DNA of 64,000 bases from an uncultured delta proteobacterium (GTDB lineage: Bacteria > Desulfobacterota > Binatia > Binatales > Binataceae): positions 384,001 to 448,000 of the forward strand of contig CAVRVY010000004.1 of assembly GCA_963724765.1 (NCBI GenBank). The letters are read 5' to 3'. Below, in pieces: positions 60,063 to 64,000 of the stretch. Below the pieces are notes generated by a model. The model did no database searches. It was not told the origin of the DNA and saw only the letters and a list, made by a program, of their open reading frames with translations. Made by a program: the position numbers and the translations under genes. Numbering within the stretch: the first letter of the stretch is position 1; each line of letters opens with the position of its first letter.

Positions 60063-61532
60063 TCACCTTCTCTTTTTCGGCGCTTTCGTGGGTGTCTTCC
60101 GCAGTGGCTTTTTGGGCGATTCCCTGGGCCGCACAACGCCGGTCGCGCGCGCCTCGGCCCAGGTGCGCCCGGTGCGGCGGAAACTCAGCAGCAGCGGCGT
60201 ACCAACCAACTTAAGCGCCGCGCGAAAGCGGGTGGCGAGGAAACGCAGATAGTGCGCCGGAATATCGCGCTCGACGTTGGCGAAAAACGCGAGGCGCGGC
60301 GGCGAATGGCCGACCTGCGTGACGTACATCAGCTTGAGCCGGCGCCGCTCGATCATCGGCGGGTCCATCGCGGCGGTGGCCTCGGCCAGAATCCGGTTAA
60401 GCTGCGCGGTCTGGAAAGTCGCGCGCCACGAATCGACCGCCTTCATCGCAGCCGGGATGATCTTGTCGACGCCGTCGCCGGTCAGCGCCGAGGTGAACAG
60501 CATCTCGGCAAACGCCAGAAACGGCACCTGCTCTTGCGCGTCGCGCACGAACGCCGCGACCCGGCGTCCCTCTTTCGCCGCGAGGTCCCACTTGTTGCAG
60601 ACCAGGACCAGCGCCCGGCCTTCGCTTTCGACCAGCCGCGCCAGGCGCGCGTCCTGATCGGTGACACTCTCGGTCGAATCGATCACGAGAACGAGCACCT
60701 CGGCGCGGCGGATGGTTTCGATCGCGCGGCCGACCGAGAAATGCTCGAGTTCGCCCTCGACCCTGGTGGGCCGGCGGATTCCGGCGGTGTCGATCAGGAG
60801 CACGTCGCGGTCGGCGGCGCGAAACCGCACGTCAACCGGATCGCGCGTGGTGCCTGGAGTGTCGTCGACGATCGCGCGCTCGAAACCGGCGAGGCGATTG
60901 AGCAGCGACGATTTGCCGACGTTGGGACGGCCGATGAGCGCGAGCCTCAGATCGGGCGGCGAGGACGCCCCGGCCTCGGCGGCGGGCAGGCGCTCGACAA
61001 CTTCGTCGAGCAACTCCTCGACGCCGCGTCCGTGAGCCGCCGAGACGAGCAGCATCGGCGAGACGCCCAGCGCATGATACTCGCCGGCCACTGCTTCCAT
61101 CCCGGCGCGGTCCATCTTGTTGATCGCGGCGACCATCGGGCGTCCGGTCTCACGAATCAACGCGATCGCCTCGCGGTCGCCGGGACCGAGGCCGGCCCGC
61201 CCGTCGAGCATGAAGACCACGACGTCAGCCAACGCGACCGCGCGCAACGCGCCCTCGGCGACCCGCTCGCCAAGGCGCTCGCGTCCGCCCAATTCGAGCC
61301 CGCCGCTATCGACGACGAAAAAATTGCGTCCGCGATGCTCCGCCTGGCCAACGTTGAGGTCACGCGTAGTGCCGGCGACAGGACTTACGATCGCACGGCG
61401 ACCGCGCGCGATACGGTTGAACAGCGTCGATTTGCCGGCATTGGCGCACCCGACCAGCACCACGACCGGCACGCCTTCGGGCAGCGCGGACAGTGCACCC
61501 GCGCGGCCAGCGATGTTCGCGGCCGGCTTCAT
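60063..61532 (-). CDS. der: ribosome biogenesis GTPase Der (EngA)
   Basis: Two tandem G domains (GCANAGKS/TTRD/DSGG/NKMD and GRPNVGKS/TTRD/DTAG/NKWD) plus a KH-like C-terminus. Confidence 0.95.
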   Translation of the reverse strand: MKPAANIAGRAGALSALPEGVPVVVLVGCANAGKSTLFNRIARGRRAIVSPVAGTTRDLNVGQAEHRGRNFFVVDSGGLELGGRERLGERVAEGALRAVALADVVVFMLDGRAGLGPGDREAIALIRETGRPMVAAINKMDRAGMEAVAGEYHALGVSPMLLVSAAHGRGVEELLDEVVERLPAAEAGASSPPDLRLALIGRPNVGKSSLLNRLAGFERAIVDDTPGTTRDPVDVRFRAADRDVLLIDTAGIRRPTRVEGELEHFSVGRAIETIRRAEVLVLVIDSTESVTDQDARLARLVESEGRALVLVCNKWDLAAKEGRRVAAFVRDAQEQVPFLAFAEMLFTSALTGDGVDKIIPAAMKAVDSWRATFQTAQLNRILAEATAAMDPPMIERRRLKLMYVTQVGHSPPRLAFFANVERDIPAHYLRFLATRFRAALKLVGTPLLLSFRRTGRTWAEARATGVVRPRESPKKPLRKTPTKAPKKRR

Positions 61533-61533
61533 C

Positions 61534-62430
61534 TCAGAGCCCCAACTCCGCAATCTTGCGCGGACTGCGCGTCCAGTCCTTTTCGACCTTGACCAGGAGT
61601 TGCAGGAAGACGTGCGCGCCGAGCATCTTTTCGAGTTCCAGCCGCGCCGCCGTGCCGATCTGCTTGAGCTGGCGGCCTCCCGCCCCGATCAGCATCCCCT
61701 TGTGCGCCTCGCGCGCGACGACGATGATGGCGTCGATCCTGAGCAGGCGACGATCGGGCTCCTCGACGAAATTCTCGACCACCACGGCGGTTGAAAACGG
61801 GACCTCTTCGCGCATCGCCAGGAACACCTTCTCGCGCACGACTTCGGCCGCGATCATCCGCTCGGTCTGGTCGGTGTACTCGTCCTCGGGCATCAGGGCC
61901 GGCCCCTCGGGCAGCATCCGCTTGATGACCGCGACCAGTTCGTCGACGTTGCCGCCCTTGAGCGCGCTGACCGGAACGATCTCGGCCTCTGGCAGTTCAC
62001 GGCCGCATTGCTCGACGGCGGCGAACAACTCCGGGCGCTTGATGCGGTCGATCTTGTTGACCGCGACGACGCGCGGCGCCTTGATCTCACGCAACTCGGT
62101 AAGAAAGGCGCGGTCGCCTTCGCTTAGCGGAGCGCTCGCCTCGACTACGCCGACCACGACCTCGCCCTCGCCAAGGCATCGGCGCGCGATTTCGATCATA
62201 TGCTGGTCGAGCGCGCTGCGCGGGCGATGCAGTCCCGGCGTGTCGACGAAGATAAGCTGTGCGTCGGGGTCGGAACGGATGCCGAGGATGCGGCGGCGGG
62301 TGGTCTGCGGGCGTGGCGTGACGATTGCGACCTTGTGCCCGACCATCCGGTTGAGCAGCGTCGACTTGCCGACATTGGTGCGCCCGCCCAACGCGACGAA
62401 GCCCGCGCGATGAGGCTTAGCGACGCTCAC
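61534..62430 (-). CDS. era: GTPase Era
   Basis: Motifs: GRTNVGKSTL, PQTTR, DTPG, NKID, SAL, and KH domain KGMLIGAGG. Confidence 0.96.
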   Translation of the reverse strand: MSVAKPHRAGFVALGGRTNVGKSTLLNRMVGHKVAIVTPRPQTTRRRILGIRSDPDAQLIFVDTPGLHRPRSALDQHMIEIARRCLGEGEVVVGVVEASAPLSEGDRAFLTELREIKAPRVVAVNKIDRIKRPELFAAVEQCGRELPEAEIVPVSALKGGNVDELVAVIKRMLPEGPALMPEDEYTDQTERMIAAEVVREKVFLAMREEVPFSTAVVVENFVEEPDRRLLRIDAIIVVAREAHKGMLIGAGGRQLKQIGTAARLELEKMLGAHVFLQLLVKVEKDWTRSPRKIAELGL

Positions 62431-63145
62431 GTTTCTCGTTCTCGATTTGGTCCAGGGCGGCGCGCGCCGCAGCCTGCTCGCTCTGCTTCTTGCTGGCGCC
62501 CTCGCCCACTCCAAGATCGCGTCCGGCGATGCGGATGCGCGTGGTGAACATCTTGGCGTGGTCGGGGCCGCGCGACGACACCAATTCGTAGACCGGCTGA
62601 CTGCGGAAGCGGCGGTAGGCGATTTCCTGCAATTCCGTCTTGTAGTCGCGCTCGGTGCTGGGGCCGCCGATGTCGTCGGCGAACAATCCCTCGATCACGG
62701 CCTGGGCCGGCCGCAGTCCGCTGTCGGTATAGATTGCGCCGATCACCGCCTCGAACGACGCGGCGAGAATCGACACCTTCTCGCGTCCGCCGCTTTTCTC
62801 CTCGCCCTTGCCCAACCTGAGCGCCCGGCCCACGCCGATGTCCTGCGCCTTGGCCGCCAGCGTGCGGCCGTTGACGATCGAGGCGCGCTCCTTGGACAGC
62901 ACGCCCTCCTTGGCTTCGGGAAACCGGCGCATCAGCAGGTCCGCAATTGCGAGGTCGAGCACCGCATCGCCGAGGAATTCCAGACGTTCGTAGTGCAGGT
63001 CGGCGCCGACCGCGGCGCTCGGATGGGTGAGCGCGACTCGCAGCAGCTCGGGACGGGCGAAAGTATAGTTGAGCCGCCGCTCCAGGTCTGCGCGATTGTC
63101 TTCAGAACGTAGCTGCGCCGGCTGCGGGCCCGCCTTGGACCTCAA
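62417..63145 (-). CDS. rnc: ribonuclease III (start uncertain)
   Basis: Motifs: ALTHPS, YERLEFLGDAVL, and dsRBD DYKTELQE...GPDHAK...SKKQSEQAAA. Confidence 0.94.
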   Translation of the reverse strand: MRSKAGPQPAQLRSEDNRADLERRLNYTFARPELLRVALTHPSAAVGADLHYERLEFLGDAVLDLAIADLLMRRFPEAKEGVLSKERASIVNGRTLAAKAQDIGVGRALRLGKGEEKSGGREKVSILAASFEAVIGAIYTDSGLRPAQAVIEGLFADDIGGPSTERDYKTELQEIAYRRFRSQPVYELVSSRGPDHAKMFTTRIRIAGRDLGVGEGASKKQSEQAAARAALDQIENEKRERR

Positions 63146-64000
63146 CCATTTTCCCGGCGAGAGCAAGGCCCTCAACCCGCGCTGCCACCACCTCAAGTTC
63201 ATCGTTCCCAAGTGTGTCGGGGCCCTCCACCAGCACGCGGATGTAATTGCGGCTGTAGCCTTTCAGCCTACCGTCCGCGCCGCGTTCTTCAACCAGGACT
63301 TTAAGCTTCGATCCGCAAAATTGCTCGATGAAACACCGTCGCTTGTCCTCGCCAAGCGCGCGCAACAGTCCCGCTCGACGCTTTATCTCCGCCGCCGCCA
63401 CCTTACCCGGCAGCTTGGCCGCCGTGGTTCCCGCCCTCACGGAGTATGGGAAGACGTGAAAGTAGGCAAGTGGCAGCGCTTCGATGAACTTAAAGTAATC
63501 GTCGAAGTCTTGGATCGTCTCGCCGGGAAACCCGGCAATAAGATCGGTGCCGATAGCTGCCGAGGGCATCGCCTCACGAATACGTTCGACGCGATCTCTG
63601 AAGTGCGCCAGGTCGTAGCGCCGGCGCATCCGGATCAAGGTCGCGTCAGTGCCAGCCTGCAGCGGCAGATGGAGATGCGGGCAGAACTTGTCACTCGTGG
63701 CCATGATTTGCAGGATTCGGTCGCTCAGTTCCTCAGGGTCGAGCGAGCTTATCCTGACTCGGCCGATCGGCGAGCGCTCGGCGACCATCTCGAGCAGCGT
63801 CTCGAGGCTTACCGGCGGAACGAGGTCGCGCCCATAGCCGCCAAGATGCACGCCGGTCAGGATGACCTCGCAAAAGCCCGAGGCCGCGAGCGAATCGAGC
63901 GCGGCAAAGATGCGCCGCGGCTCGACACTGCGCGAGGTTCCGCGCGAGGTTGGCACGATACAGAAGCTGCAGAATTGATCGCATCCCTCCTGCAGCTTCA
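63102..64000 (-). CDS. mtaB: tRNA t6A37 methylthiotransferase, 5'-truncated by the window edge
   Basis: Motifs: KLQEGCDQFCSFCIVP.SRG, LTGVHLG.YG, RISSLDP, HLHLPLQAG, HVFPYS.R.GT. Confidence 0.9.
   Translation of the reverse strand, partial: KLQEGCDQFCSFCIVPTSRGTSRSVEPRRIFAALDSLAASGFCEVILTGVHLGGYGRDLVPPVSLETLLEMVAERSPIGRVRISSLDPEELSDRILQIMATSDKFCPHLHLPLQAGTDATLIRMRRRYDLAHFRDRVERIREAMPSAAIGTDLIAGFPGETIQDFDDYFKFIEALPLAYFHVFPYSVRAGTTAAKLPGKVAAAEIKRRAGLLRALGEDKRRCFIEQFCGSKLKVLVEERGADGRLKGYSRNYIRVLVEGPDTLGNDELEVVAARVEGLALAGKMVEVQGGPAAGAATF

Overview
This is a 64 kb high-GC bacterial chromosomal window. Its gene content (four luciferase-like monooxygenases, class III CoA-transferases, a DUF1302/DUF1329/RND/YCF48 cluster) suggests a soil Binatota or deltaproteobacteria-like lineage, which is an inference only. 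The right end is core genome (mtaB-rnc-era-der-guaA-gltX). The left end has an ABC1 kinase, suhB, tRNA-Arg(CCG), ampG and bioB. The middle is mostly catabolic and envelope genes. (i) There are two parallel modules, each combining an ATP-dependent lactam hydrolase, a class III aminotransferase and an LLM oxidoreductase, but built on non-homologous hydrolases (hydantoinase A/B versus PxpABC). (ii) A five-gene trans-envelope operon reads YCF48-RND-DUF1302-HEAT-DUF1329, with an extra membrane-anchored HEAT-repeat protein. (iii) Split LvaA/B/C-like (ACAD10/11-like) 4-hydroxyacyl-CoA genes and an MBL lactonase are present. (iv) There are several orphan secreted proteins. Non-coding signals include a two-copy ~145-bp inverted-repeat element, a duplicated hairpin flanking a beta-helix gene, several 12-19 bp triplicated micro-duplications at gene junctions, two gene remnants and one frameshifted LLM gene. 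No CRISPR array, rRNA, integrase or transposase was seen. All product calls come from motif recognition by eye, without database searches.
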